A stretch of 64,000 nt of DNA from Oligoflexales bacterium (GCA_045106415.1 JBGCEP010000030.1:34233-98232); one strand, 5' to 3'; positions 50,757-60,534 are shown, numbered from the stretch's first letter. Numbers and translations: made by a program. The notes: a model not told the origin generated them from the sequence alone.

Positions 50757-51930
50757 GATGATTTTTTACATTCCCCTCTTGATCAAGACTCCAGCTTTGA
50801 ATGCCATTCCAATGATAATCCGTCTGAGGGCCATGTTTTAGGAGCTCTTTACGAGAAGGTTGTCTATTTCCTTGATCATCATAGCTACGACTTTGCAGCA
50901 CACACGGCTTTCCATCCCACTGCCAGTCGTAAGAAAAACGTGTATGTGATTTGGTATGAATCGGAGTCGATAATTTTGCAAGCACCCAAGATCGCCCTCC
51001 ATCCACAGACACTTCAACTTTGATTATTTTGCCGTGTCCGCTCCAAGCCAGACCGCTCAAAGAATAAAAACCCTTACCCGGCAAGACTTCACCACCAGAA
51101 GGAAATGTCAAAACAGATTTAACCCCCATTGTAAATGTAAATTGATCTGCTTTTCCATCTTTACGTAGATCCGTATATTTTGATGTCTCCTGCTGAGTCA
51201 TATAGGGACGATCCGTCACATAAAGTTGAGTCAACCATTTGATCCAGCAGTTACCTTCCCAGCCTGGGACGACTAACCGCAATGGAAAACCTTGCTCTGG
51301 CCGTAAAGGCTCTCCGTTTTGAGCATACGCAATCAGCACATCATCAAGGCATTTAGAAAGAGGCAAACTTCTTATTAAGCCGGAAGCATCTGCACCTTCT
51401 ACAATCACCCATACTGCCTTAGGATCTACACCCACATGTTTCAAAACTGTGGAAAGAGGAACCCCTACCCATTCAGAGTGACTCATCAAACCATGGGTAT
51501 CTTGTACATTCACAGCCTTTAGTTCAGATTTCCATTCAGAACGAGTATTTCCCGCACACTCTAAAAAATACTGTTTAATGACTGATGGAAAACGCTTCAA
51601 ATCATCAACTGTATATACCTTAGGGTTTTTCACCATACCACGAACAAGAACACGGTGTACCGACGGATCAACATCAGGAATTCCTGCATGATGACGCTCA
51701 AAATGCAGCCCTGAAGGAGTGAGAGTTCCATAGCTACTTTGCAAAGGTGTTCTAGAACGAGCACTATAAACAGCATCACCCTGTAAAACACGCTTATCCT
51801 TGACATACACACTACGACGACCATAGCCACCATCTTGGCCGGCTGGACGCCCCAGGGTCTTCCTTGGGTCAGACGCAAAAATAATTTGTGAGCACACAAC
51901 AACGAAGAACAAAACACGAAATATAAACAT
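50740..51930 (-). CDS. soxC: SoxC-type molybdopterin sulfite/sulfane dehydrogenase
   Basis: TPSGLHFERHHAG, LECAGN (Mo-ligand Cys), LRPEQGFPLRLVVPGWEG, GLAWSG; SD GAGGT before ATG 51930. Confidence 0.9.
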   Translation of the reverse strand: MFIFRVLFFVVVCSQIIFASDPRKTLGRPAGQDGGYGRRSVYVKDKRVLQGDAVYSARSRTPLQSSYGTLTPSGLHFERHHAGIPDVDPSVHRVLVRGMVKNPKVYTVDDLKRFPSVIKQYFLECAGNTRSEWKSELKAVNVQDTHGLMSHSEWVGVPLSTVLKHVGVDPKAVWVIVEGADASGLIRSLPLSKCLDDVLIAYAQNGEPLRPEQGFPLRLVVPGWEGNCWIKWLTQLYVTDRPYMTQQETSKYTDLRKDGKADQFTFTMGVKSVLTFPSGGEVLPGKGFYSLSGLAWSGHGKIIKVEVSVDGGRSWVLAKLSTPIHTKSHTRFSYDWQWDGKPCVLQSRSYDDQGNRQPSRKELLKHGPQTDYHWNGIQSWSLDQEGNVKNHHEELL

Positions 51931-51944
51931 TTTTACCTCAATAT

Positions 51945-51980
51945 AAAAAAAGACCGCTGCAAACACAGCGGTCTTTTTTT
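51945..51980 (-). terminator. Rho-independent (bidirectional) terminator after rpsD
   Basis: AAAAAAAGACCGCTG-caaaca-CAGCGGTCTTTTTTT. Confidence 0.9.
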
Positions 51981-52002
51981 AAATGACTCATCCAGATTTA
52001 TC

Positions 52003-52611
52003 TTATCGAGAGTAAAACTCAACGACTCGAGAAATTTCGATCAAGAAAGGGAATGATTCATGATCAGGAAGAGCGATCAACTTAGCAGTTGATGCTTTTG
52101 TGTCAGCAGACAACCAAGCTGGGCAAGTCAAAGAAGGGCGTTCCGCACTGCTTACAACAGCTGGAATCTTCTGTGCTTTCTCAGTCAAAGCAATCGTTTG
52201 ACCTGCTTTCATACGGTAAGAAGGAATATTCACTCTTTTACCGTCGACAGTAACGTGCTTGTGGCGAACAAGTTGACGAGCAGCTGGGATCGTTGGTGCT
52301 AAGCCAGCGCGGAACACCACACTGTCTAAACGGCACTCAAGAAACTCAAGAAGCTTATGTCCTGGGTGTTCACGAGAGCGAAATGCTTCTTCAGCAAGCC
52401 GCTTTAAGCTTTTTTCAGTTAAGCCATAATTGAAACGTAGCTTCTGCTTTTCTTGAAGCTGAAGGCCGTACTCACCTTTTTTCTTGCGAAATTGGCCTTC
52501 TTTCATTCCTGGTGGGAATGGACGACGTTCAATAGTTTTTCGTGAGAGTCCAGGAAGGTCCAAGCCTACTGCTCTCATTTTTTTGACTCTGGGTCCTCGA
52601 TCACGAGACAT
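52003..52611 (-). CDS. rpsD: 30S ribosomal protein S4, zinc-free (C-) type, outside the alpha operon
   Basis: YGLQLQEKQKLRFNYG, LECRLDSVVFRAG, ARQLVRH, VNIPSY, VEFYSR; no N-terminal CxxC cluster. Confidence 0.95.
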   Translation of the reverse strand: MSRDRGPRVKKMRAVGLDLPGLSRKTIERRPFPPGMKEGQFRKKKGEYGLQLQEKQKLRFNYGLTEKSLKRLAEEAFRSREHPGHKLLEFLECRLDSVVFRAGLAPTIPAARQLVRHKHVTVDGKRVNIPSYRMKAGQTIALTEKAQKIPAVVSSAERPSLTCPAWLSADTKASTAKLIALPDHESFPFLIEISRVVEFYSR

Positions 52612-52711
52612 GAAAAGATCCTTCCAGAAATATTATGATAACAGCTCTGAAACCCGAAGATGCAGGTTCCAGAACCTATCGTAAATTGCCTATGGCAAGA
52701 TAGATGTAAAG

Positions 52712-52787
52712 TGGTCGGGGCGACTGGACTTGAACCAGCGACCTCATGCTCCCAAAGCACGCACGCTACCAACTGCGCTACGCCCCG
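52712..52787 (-). tRNA. tRNA-Pro (TGG)
   Basis: CGGGGCGTAGCGCAGTTGGTAGCGTGCGTGCTT-TGG-GAGCATGAGGTCGCTGGTTCAAGTCCAGTCGCCCCGACCA. Confidence 0.95.
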
Positions 52788-52982
52788 TTACAAGCCGTAC
52801 TTCTATCTAACCTCACCCGAATGGTCAAGTAATAAATTCAATAAACCTGAAAAAAAATCACTGTTGATGATTTCAGTAACAAATAAAATGATCATGAAAA
52901 GAAAAGAATGGCATTTCCTAAAGGATTTGCTAATTAACATGCCTGAGTGAATTGAAAATAAGTTTAGTGAGGCAGCAATAAT

Positions 52983-53702
52983 ATGGACGTAGTACAGACA
53001 GGGGACGGAAGTTTAACCTTAGTCCATAAAGACCATGGTGAATGGTTTCACTCACAGGATGGAGCAAAATACGAAGCTCAAAGGCTCTACATTGAATCGA
53101 GCTTCTTTCAAGATTCCTTAACGCAACCTAACAAAGTCAGCGTCTTAGATGTTGGGTTAGGCTTAGGCTACAACGCGTGCTCAACCTTAGAAGCTTGGAC
53201 GCAAACCCCTGGCCCAGCTGACCTCGACATCCTCAGCCTCGAGCACGACGAGGAGCTTTTAACACAATTCAAAAGTGGATGTAGTAATTGGCAGAGCAAT
53301 TGGCCTCTCCAATGGAAATCTTGGTGTGGTCAATCTCACATTAAGCACCCTAAAAACCCAAGTTCAACATCTTGGACTCTTTTATTAGGAGATGGCAAGC
53401 AGGAGCTCCAAAAACACGACACACATGCACCTTTTCATTTTATTTGGCAGGATCCCTTTTCTCTGGCTCACGGTTCAACCCTCTGGGATAAAGAGTGGTT
53501 TCAATTGCTTTATCAGCGCAGCGCTCAAAACTGCGTTTTAATGACATATAGCGTGGCTCGCCCTGTGAAAGATGCTCTTGAAGCAGGTGGGTGGTCCATA
53601 GAAAAAATTCCTGCAACCACTAAAAAAAGGCATTGGCTCAGAGCTACAAAGCGACCTTTATCTGAGGTAAGACCCTTTGAAACCACTGCCTTTATTCATT
53701 AG
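52983..53702 (+). CDS. mnmD: Stand-alone MnmC-type (MnmD) tRNA mnm5s2U methyltransferase
   Basis: TGDGSLTL...EWFHS..GA..EA, LDVGLGLGYN, WQDPFS, LMTYS. Confidence 0.85.
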   Translation: MDVVQTGDGSLTLVHKDHGEWFHSQDGAKYEAQRLYIESSFFQDSLTQPNKVSVLDVGLGLGYNACSTLEAWTQTPGPADLDILSLEHDEELLTQFKSGCSNWQSNWPLQWKSWCGQSHIKHPKNPSSTSWTLLLGDGKQELQKHDTHAPFHFIWQDPFSLAHGSTLWDKEWFQLLYQRSAQNCVLMTYSVARPVKDALEAGGWSIEKIPATTKKRHWLRATKRPLSEVRPFETTAFIH

Positions 53703-54736
53703 TACCACCGAAAAATTTTCTTTGTGAGTGCTGTTGCTCCAACTGTATACACAACAAGAATAAGCATTTCAGACTGAACGGCAGCCATGTCAGCACCCTC
53801 TAGAGCCACGCGCCTTAAACCATCAACCAAAGGCGTAAGAGGAAGAAGGTCACAAATAAAAGACAACCATTCAGGAAAACTGTGCCGTGAAAACCACACT
53901 CCCGACAAAATCATCATTGGTAGCGTCACTAGGTTATTCATCCCTGCATAGGCGGCTGAATTCGCAGTTCTAGCACCGCACAAAATGCTGAGCGCTGTAA
54001 ATGCGGCTGTTCCTAAAACACAAAGCAGTGCAAAAAGACACCATGAGCCACTTACTTGAAAACCAAAAAACAACCAGCCCGCGATCATAATAACGGAAAA
54101 CTCTATAAAACTGATGACGTAGCGACCTAGAATATGAGAGATAAAGTATAGGATAGGGCTCATAGGGGTTGCCCTATAACGTTTCAGTATATTTTCTCTA
54201 CGACTTGCGACAATGGTCATTCCCGTCCCAAAAAGGCTCGTCGTAAACAAGCTTAAAGCAAGCAAGCCTGGAATTAAAAAATCAATATAACGCCCACCTG
54301 TTTCTTGCTTTGGCTCATCATAAAAACTAACAGCATCTGCACGACCGAGTGACCTTTGTACAATTTCGTCTAAAGCTCTACGTGCTTCCAACCCTTTTGG
54401 ATGACCCGGATCATATTGATAGCGATACCGCCCATCAGCAAGAAGGCTCACAACAACCTGAAGCTCTCCTCGACGGATAGGATTTCGGAAATCCTCTAAT
54501 TGTTCTGACACCCGAACATCAAGGTAAGGGGTCTTTTGAAGGGCTATTTTCACCTCTGACGGGACACTCATATGCACCCCAACACCGTAGGTTTGAGGTT
54601 TTGGATCTGAAAAAACAAACCCTAAAAGCATCATCCACACAAGTGGCATTGTAAGCACAAAAACCATAGCAGACGGCTCTCGTTGAAATTCTCGCAGCCT
54701 TCCCAAAATCATTTGCCATAAACTTGAATTAAGCAT
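53699..54736 (-). CDS. ABC-2 type exporter permease
   Basis: YIDFLIPGLLA, RRENILKR..ATP, LPMMILSGVWF, LPLTPL. Confidence 0.9.
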   Translation of the reverse strand: MLNSSLWQMILGRLREFQREPSAMVFVLTMPLVWMMLLGFVFSDPKPQTYGVGVHMSVPSEVKIALQKTPYLDVRVSEQLEDFRNPIRRGELQVVVSLLADGRYRYQYDPGHPKGLEARRALDEIVQRSLGRADAVSFYDEPKQETGGRYIDFLIPGLLALSLFTTSLFGTGMTIVASRRENILKRYRATPMSPILYFISHILGRYVISFIEFSVIMIAGWLFFGFQVSGSWCLFALLCVLGTAAFTALSILCGARTANSAAYAGMNNLVTLPMMILSGVWFSRHSFPEWLSFICDLLPLTPLVDGLRRVALEGADMAAVQSEMLILVVYTVGATALTKKIFRWY

Positions 54737-55658
54737 CGCGAATCCCTCTTCCTGTCAGATTTAAAAACACATCTTCAAGCGTTGCGGATTTAACCCCAAG
54801 AGATGTGAGTTTGACACCTTCTTCATGGCATACTTTCACTAATTCCAGCATATGCTGGCTTGCATTCGAGACAACAACACGACACAACCCGCGCCCTTCT
54901 TTCGGTACCCAAGAAAGACGGGAATGCAAAAGAGCAAAGTTTTCAGCGTCGACCTGAAATGTTAGAGTTTCACCATTGGCGTGCTGTTTAATGAGATCAG
55001 GCGCTGTTCCTTGTGCAATCACTTCTCCATGATCCATAATCGCAACTTGATGAGCAAGAAACTCTGCTTCTTCCATAGAGTGCGTTGTCAGTAGAAGGCT
55101 TCTTCCCTGCTCAAGGAGATGTTTTAAAAGATCCCAAATCATTCGTTTGGATTGTGGATCTAATCCCGTTGTTGGTTCATCTAAAAACAAAATAGAAGGG
55201 TTATGAACAAGGGCGCACCCGAGATACACACGCTGCTTTTGCCCTCCTGACAAGGTTTCAAGGCGAGCATCACGTTTCTCTTCAAGCTGCATCTGTTTTA
55301 GAATTTCATTCACAGGCTGCGTTTCTTTATAAAAAGAAGCAAACAAGCGAAGCGTTTCTTCGACTGTGTATTTTTTATAAAGATGCGTTTCTTGAAGCTG
55401 CACACCAATTTTATGAAGAATCTGATCTCTATCGGCTGGTTGCTGCAGCCCACAGATTTCTATCGTTCCTGAATCTGCTACATTCAGGCCTTCAAGAATT
55501 TCACAAGTTGTCGTTTTACCTGCACCATTCGGTCCAAGTAGCGCAAGACACCGCCCTGCCTGCAGAGTTAAGTTCACACGATTGACGGCTGTTTCTTGCC
55601 CCCACTTCTTTACTAAACCTTGCGCTTGCAACACAACGCTGTTTCTCTTCTCATTCAT
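54729..55658 (-). CDS. ABC exporter ATP-binding subunit
   Basis: GPNGAGKTT, LSGGQKQR, LDEPTTGLDP, TTH; start ATG 55658 chosen because the longer ORF overlaps the divergent gene. Confidence 0.92.
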   Translation of the reverse strand: MNEKRNSVVLQAQGLVKKWGQETAVNRVNLTLQAGRCLALLGPNGAGKTTTCEILEGLNVADSGTIEICGLQQPADRDQILHKIGVQLQETHLYKKYTVEETLRLFASFYKETQPVNEILKQMQLEEKRDARLETLSGGQKQRVYLGCALVHNPSILFLDEPTTGLDPQSKRMIWDLLKHLLEQGRSLLLTTHSMEEAEFLAHQVAIMDHGEVIAQGTAPDLIKQHANGETLTFQVDAENFALLHSRLSWVPKEGRGLCRVVVSNASQHMLELVKVCHEEGVKLTSLGVKSATLEDVFLNLTGRGIRDA

Positions 55659-55728
55659 AATCAACTCATACTTGCATGATACCCGCTCAACATAGCATAA
55701 TTCGATCTCTTTAGTAGAGAGGGAGCTT

Positions 55729-57024
55729 ATGGATTCAAAAATACAGAAGTGGGACATTATCATTGCAGGCGGCGGTATCAGTGGAACCCTAGCAGCTAAA
55801 AGGCTTTGCGAACAGTATCCCAAAAAAAACATTCTCCTTATTGAACGAGAAACACAGCTCGGTGGTTCATATCGATCAACTTCCACCGATCATTGGGGTG
55901 GCCCCCTTGCTTTTATGCCTCACGACCTCTTTCAAACACTTCTCCAAGGTTTTGCGGCACCAGAATCCCAACACACGACACAGTTATCAAGCATTCACCA
56001 TATTTCCGGCGGACAAAAAACTGTCTTGAACAGTTGCCAGTTCGAACAAATTGCAACATGGCTCCCAGTGGTAGGGAAATCCTTACAAGGTGAATGGGAT
56101 CAGCTTAAAAAAGGCCTCTATGATAGCATTGCTGAAAAGTCTCTCCAAAAACAGATGACTCTTCCTAAAAAAGGATCTGGGGCTGCGGTTTTGGATTTTT
56201 TAGGACCTCTATGTGGCCTCACAGACCCTTGGGGGAGCTCTCCTTTGTGCCTTCGAGAAAGACTTCGATCTTTTCGCGAACCTCTTCAATACATCCATTG
56301 GAGTTCTTTTTTAGAGAAACAACTTCACACTTGCACGAATCTATCCATCCATAAGAAGTCACTCATTGTCCATTGTGAAAAAGCCGACACATGGATGCTA
56401 CACACAAGCCACGGGCTTCAAGAAACTCCATACATGGTTATCGCCCAAAACCCATGGACCACCCTCAGTTGGCTACCTGAGCCCCTATGGCCATCTAATA
56501 TTTTAAATTACACCCTTAAAACAAGACCAACGAGCCGCATATCCATTTCATCACGAGTACAAAATCCAGAGAGCCTACCCCAGCGTGCATTTAGCGCTGC
56601 AGAATCGACTCTCATGGAGGTTCACGACAAGATTGCGACATGGTCGATTCCCATGGACTATGAAATCTCGCTTGAAGCTCCAAAGGCCGTCAAATCTGTT
56701 GCTAGAGTCAAAAGGGGAAGCAAAAAGATTCTAAAACACTTCGAAGATGTCGTTCTTGAGGACGAACATATCGCTCTCCAGCCGACAGCTTGGGGCTTCC
56801 CTAAGCTGCCAAAAGAGCATATTCTTGCGGAGCGTCATTTGAAAAAAACTGCATTTCCAGACATTGCTTTCTGTGGTAGAGCTTACGGCTTCTCTCAACA
56901 AGAGGGTCAACACTTGATAGACTCTCTTATGAGTGCAACCACACAGATCAGTGAACTTTCGGAGGTTCAAAATGCTCCTAGACGGGAAAGCCCTTGCGTT
57001 GAAAATACGATCTCAGCTTGCTGA
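55729..57024 (+). CDS. FAD/NAD(P)-binding oxidoreductase
   Basis: DIIIAGGGISG...LLIERETQLGG Rossmann motif. Confidence 0.75.
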   Translation: MDSKIQKWDIIIAGGGISGTLAAKRLCEQYPKKNILLIERETQLGGSYRSTSTDHWGGPLAFMPHDLFQTLLQGFAAPESQHTTQLSSIHHISGGQKTVLNSCQFEQIATWLPVVGKSLQGEWDQLKKGLYDSIAEKSLQKQMTLPKKGSGAAVLDFLGPLCGLTDPWGSSPLCLRERLRSFREPLQYIHWSSFLEKQLHTCTNLSIHKKSLIVHCEKADTWMLHTSHGLQETPYMVIAQNPWTTLSWLPEPLWPSNILNYTLKTRPTSRISISSRVQNPESLPQRAFSAAESTLMEVHDKIATWSIPMDYEISLEAPKAVKSVARVKRGSKKILKHFEDVVLEDEHIALQPTAWGFPKLPKEHILAERHLKKTAFPDIAFCGRAYGFSQQEGQHLIDSLMSATTQISELSEVQNAPRRESPCVENTISAC

Positions 57025-57805
57025 TAAAGTTCAAACACTTCAGGCGCAAAAACAAACGCTTCCTGGGCTCGCTGTCATTCTCATTGGTGACGACCCAGCA
57101 AGTAAAGTCTATGTGCATCATAAAGAAAAAGCCTGTCAATCTTGCGGAATCCACAGTGAAACCCACAGATATTCAGCAACAACCAACGTCAAAGAAGTCG
57201 AGAATCTTATTGATAATTTAAATCAAAGAAACGACATCCATGGAATTTTATTGCAACTTCCACTCCCTACGGGTTGGCAAAGCTGGCCTCTTATTCAAAG
57301 AATTTCCCCAACAAAAGATGTCGACGGTCTCCATGCCCACAACCAAGGCATGCTGTGCTGGAATCAAACAGCTCTCCAACCGTGCACCCCTAAAGGGGTC
57401 GTCACTCTTCTTAAAGCAAACGGCATCACCCTTCAAGGCAAACACGCGTTAGTTGTTGGGCGTAGCGCCCTTGTTGGTCGACCTCTTGCAACGATGCTGA
57501 CTCATGAGAATGCAACTGTGACGCTTGCTCACTCTCACACAAAAAATCTAGCTCAATTATGCCAAACCATGGACATTGTCGTTGCAGCAGCTGGTCAAGC
57601 TCAATTCATGAAAAAAGAGTGGTTCCAGAAAGATGCTGTCGTCGTAGACGTAGGGATTCATCGTATTGGAGAAAAACTTTGCGGTGACGTTGATCCAGCA
57701 GTCGCTGAAATAGCATCTGCCCACACTCCTGTTCCTGGAGGAGTGGGGCCGATGACGATCGCAACTTTACTATCAAACTGCGTTCAAGCTTGGGAATCTC
57801 AGTAA
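56972..57805 (+). CDS. folD: Methylene-THF dehydrogenase/cyclohydrolase
   Basis: LDGK, HGILLQLPLP, KDVDG, PCTP, GRSALVGRP, TPVPGGVGPMT; SD GGAGG. Confidence 0.96.
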   Translation: MLLDGKALALKIRSQLADKVQTLQAQKQTLPGLAVILIGDDPASKVYVHHKEKACQSCGIHSETHRYSATTNVKEVENLIDNLNQRNDIHGILLQLPLPTGWQSWPLIQRISPTKDVDGLHAHNQGMLCWNQTALQPCTPKGVVTLLKANGITLQGKHALVVGRSALVGRPLATMLTHENATVTLAHSHTKNLAQLCQTMDIVVAAAGQAQFMKKEWFQKDAVVVDVGIHRIGEKLCGDVDPAVAEIASAHTPVPGGVGPMTIATLLSNCVQAWESQ

Positions 57806-60534
57806 CCGGGTGACCAAGACCCACCTTTTGATGGTGCATGTGACTTTTTAAAGATCAGCTCACAAGTTCCATGTTCAGCGTCTCCTTTATGCTTCAGGTG
57901 CAACTTTACCTTAAAATCATGACCTTTCCAGTTTGTTGGAGGCGTGTAACTTGCAACATTCACACCTTTCCATTTCAAGCTTTGAAGATTGACAGCTGAA
58001 GCAGCTGCACCTTCAACCTCAACCCAATACTCTGTTCCCACGCCATGTTGAACATGATCAAATTCAATATGAATATTCTTTGTCTTATAATCCAAAGTCC
58101 AAGAGCGCGGCTCATGCTTACAAACAGGCGGCTTACGGTCATTGCTTTTTAATCGAATCTGGCACCGCGCAGGCAGAGTCTGGAGACCACCATCAACTTG
58201 CACAATCACATCAGAGTCTTGAGCAATATTCGCCGGGGCTGTATAACGGACCTTCATTTGCTCTAGATCCACAACCGTTCCCTCGCCCTGCAACAAAGAT
58301 GACTGAAGTTCGAAGTTGAAACTCTCTGGTTGAATTTGAAACTCAACACTTTCATTTGCTAATAATTCGACACCATCTCCCTCGCAGCTCAAAGCAACAG
58401 GGTCTTCTTCAACAAGGCGCACCTCACAGACCGCAGATGTGATTTCACGGCCATCAATAATTTCATCTGAAGATGCTATAACTTTCACACGACGAGACTC
58501 CCGAATAAAGTCTGGGGCTGTGTAGACACCTGACATACGATCTGCAGCAAAAGTTCCAACTCGCCCGTCTTCTTGCGCGAGCTCTTCAACCTCAAAATTT
58601 AAAGCAATGTCTTGTCCTTGCGCACTCCACTGTAAGTCTACACTTTCACCTGATTGAATAGATTGCGGAAGAGTATCACAACTTAAAGCAATCGGATCAG
58701 GGGTTAAAGGAAACTCACAAACACCAGGAACAATTGGATAATCTTCTGACAAGGAAAAAGTTTCAATACGCACCATTGATTCTTCAACAATAACGTCCGG
58801 AGCACTGTAAAGAACTCCATGCTGATCATCAAGACTCACGAAAGAGCCTGCTTGATCCAGATTAGAGCTTAATCGATATCCTAGTTGAAGCTCCCTATGA
58901 GGCTGACCATCTTTCGAAGTAAAAAGGACGTCTCCACTTTCACGACTCTTTAAAGCATCTGGAGTTTGGGCGCACTCTAGAGCCACAGGATTTGGAATCA
59001 CACGAGTGATACACTCAGCTCGCAAATAATTGTCTTTTAATGGTGTTGCAACAATTCTGATATCTGCCGGCACAGAAACGCTCCCAGTAAAAGTGACTTC
59101 AACCTCTGAACCCGATGCCGCAAAGTCAAAATTCGGGTATGGATTTTCGCCTTGAAATGCCTCAAAACTAAATTCAAGACCTGGCTCTTCTGGGGTAAAA
59201 CCAAGAATCACAGTATCGCCTGTTTTCAGTCGCTTTACATCTGGGGTCGCACAAAATACAGGCGTTGGTGGAACAGGAGGAAGAAGTGTGACTTCACACA
59301 CAGCTGGTATGTATCGCTCACCATCTTGAGAGTTCACAACCTGTGCAAAAACTTCAACACGCTGTTCTTCAAGCACCCCACCTGTATGCTTAACTATTGC
59401 GCTCTGGCCGTTTTTAACAACAGAAAGAAGGTCTGTTTGAATGTTATTAATTCGGCTTTCAAAAACTAAATTACCTGAGAGTTCTTCTGGCCCAAAAACC
59501 AGAGTCGCTTCTTCTCCAGGAAGGAGACGAACAGGGTTGCTATCACAGCTTAAGGCAACGGGAGGAGACAAGGGTTTTGCGGTCACAGCACATGATCCTG
59601 CAAGGTATTTGCGGGCATTGACACCCAAAGGCAAAGCTTTAATTTCCAAATCAGACTCTAGCGATAGTTTTTCTGGCATTGTAAGCGTGACTTCAAGCCC
59701 ATCGGCAACTAATGAAAATTCATCATTCACAACGACACCATCACGAAGAATTTGATAACCCACTTCAGTTGAAAGGTCACTCGGACCAAATCGTAAAAGA
59801 GTTGAATCCCCATCACGCAGAGTGACTGGATCTGACTCACATACAATCTGAGTTGGGGGCTCTGGCGCAACTAATGTTAAATCGCAAATACCATCTGTAT
59901 ATTCAGTTGAGTTCAAAGATGCGATAATTTGAACAACTTGATCCTCTTGTAAATCAGCATTGTGAATCACACGAACACTTTGACCATCACCTATCAGCTC
60001 AATTCCTTCAATTGGCTCACCACCACTGATAGCTCTATAGGCAGGAATCCCAATCGATTCAGGAGAAAATCTAAGTAAAGTCTCACCACCATAAATGAGC
60101 GATTGATCCGAAGTTTCACAGGTTACAGGTGTTCTTGCTGGTAAAACCTCAAACTCACACACACCAGGCAAGATACTTTCATCAGCAGGAAATGCTGTAA
60201 TTTTAACTTGAATCGCTTCTGTTACATTTGCAGGCGGTGCGTAGAGCGCGCTCATATCACCTAAATCAGTCACAGTGCCTCTTTCTTGAGACGATGGCGA
60301 TGTTGATAAAAGATATGAGACACCCAGACCCTGAAGCCTTGGGGCCCAAGTCAACTTGTGATTTTCTCCAGCATAAATTGTTGTGGAAGGGGTTATACAG
60401 GTTAACGCTTGACCGGCCTCTGCGTCAGCAAAATTTTGTTGCGAAATACGACCACCTTCAAAGCTTGGCTTCTGACTACAGCTCACAACAGACATCAACA
60501 AGAAAAAAGAAAATTTATTTACAACACGCACCAT
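57799..60534 (-). CDS. Surface lipoprotein with nine Cys-bracketed Ig-like repeats
   Basis: Lipobox LLMSVVS-C; SD GGAGGA; repeats of ~90-100 aa beginning AL(S/T/E)C or PVxC and ending (G/A)xCx(F/V/L)xL. Confidence 0.8.
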   Translation of the reverse strand: MVRVVNKFSFFLLMSVVSCSQKPSFEGGRISQQNFADAEAGQALTCITPSTTIYAGENHKLTWAPRLQGLGVSYLLSTSPSSQERGTVTDLGDMSALYAPPANVTEAIQVKITAFPADESILPGVCEFEVLPARTPVTCETSDQSLIYGGETLLRFSPESIGIPAYRAISGGEPIEGIELIGDGQSVRVIHNADLQEDQVVQIIASLNSTEYTDGICDLTLVAPEPPTQIVCESDPVTLRDGDSTLLRFGPSDLSTEVGYQILRDGVVVNDEFSLVADGLEVTLTMPEKLSLESDLEIKALPLGVNARKYLAGSCAVTAKPLSPPVALSCDSNPVRLLPGEEATLVFGPEELSGNLVFESRINNIQTDLLSVVKNGQSAIVKHTGGVLEEQRVEVFAQVVNSQDGERYIPAVCEVTLLPPVPPTPVFCATPDVKRLKTGDTVILGFTPEEPGLEFSFEAFQGENPYPNFDFAASGSEVEVTFTGSVSVPADIRIVATPLKDNYLRAECITRVIPNPVALECAQTPDALKSRESGDVLFTSKDGQPHRELQLGYRLSSNLDQAGSFVSLDDQHGVLYSAPDVIVEESMVRIETFSLSEDYPIVPGVCEFPLTPDPIALSCDTLPQSIQSGESVDLQWSAQGQDIALNFEVEELAQEDGRVGTFAADRMSGVYTAPDFIRESRRVKVIASSDEIIDGREITSAVCEVRLVEEDPVALSCEGDGVELLANESVEFQIQPESFNFELQSSLLQGEGTVVDLEQMKVRYTAPANIAQDSDVIVQVDGGLQTLPARCQIRLKSNDRKPPVCKHEPRSWTLDYKTKNIHIEFDHVQHGVGTEYWVEVEGAAASAVNLQSLKWKGVNVASYTPPTNWKGHDFKVKLHLKHKGDAEHGTCELIFKKSHAPSKGGSWSPGY

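Noticed and set aside
43208..52787. Integrative element or prophage at tRNA-Pro
   Set aside because: No integrase or phage genes and no direct-repeat att copy of the tRNA 3' end; the second copy is a complete inverted tRNA.
52575..52950. ORFs 52575-52772 and 52660-52950
   Set aside because: They are translations across the tRNA-Pro gene.
55729..57024. FAD oxidoreductase as the missing oxidase half of split MnmC
   Set aside because: It has the ER..LGG motif of amine-oxidase/desaturase-type enzymes rather than DAO-type MnmC motifs, and is not adjacent to mnmD.
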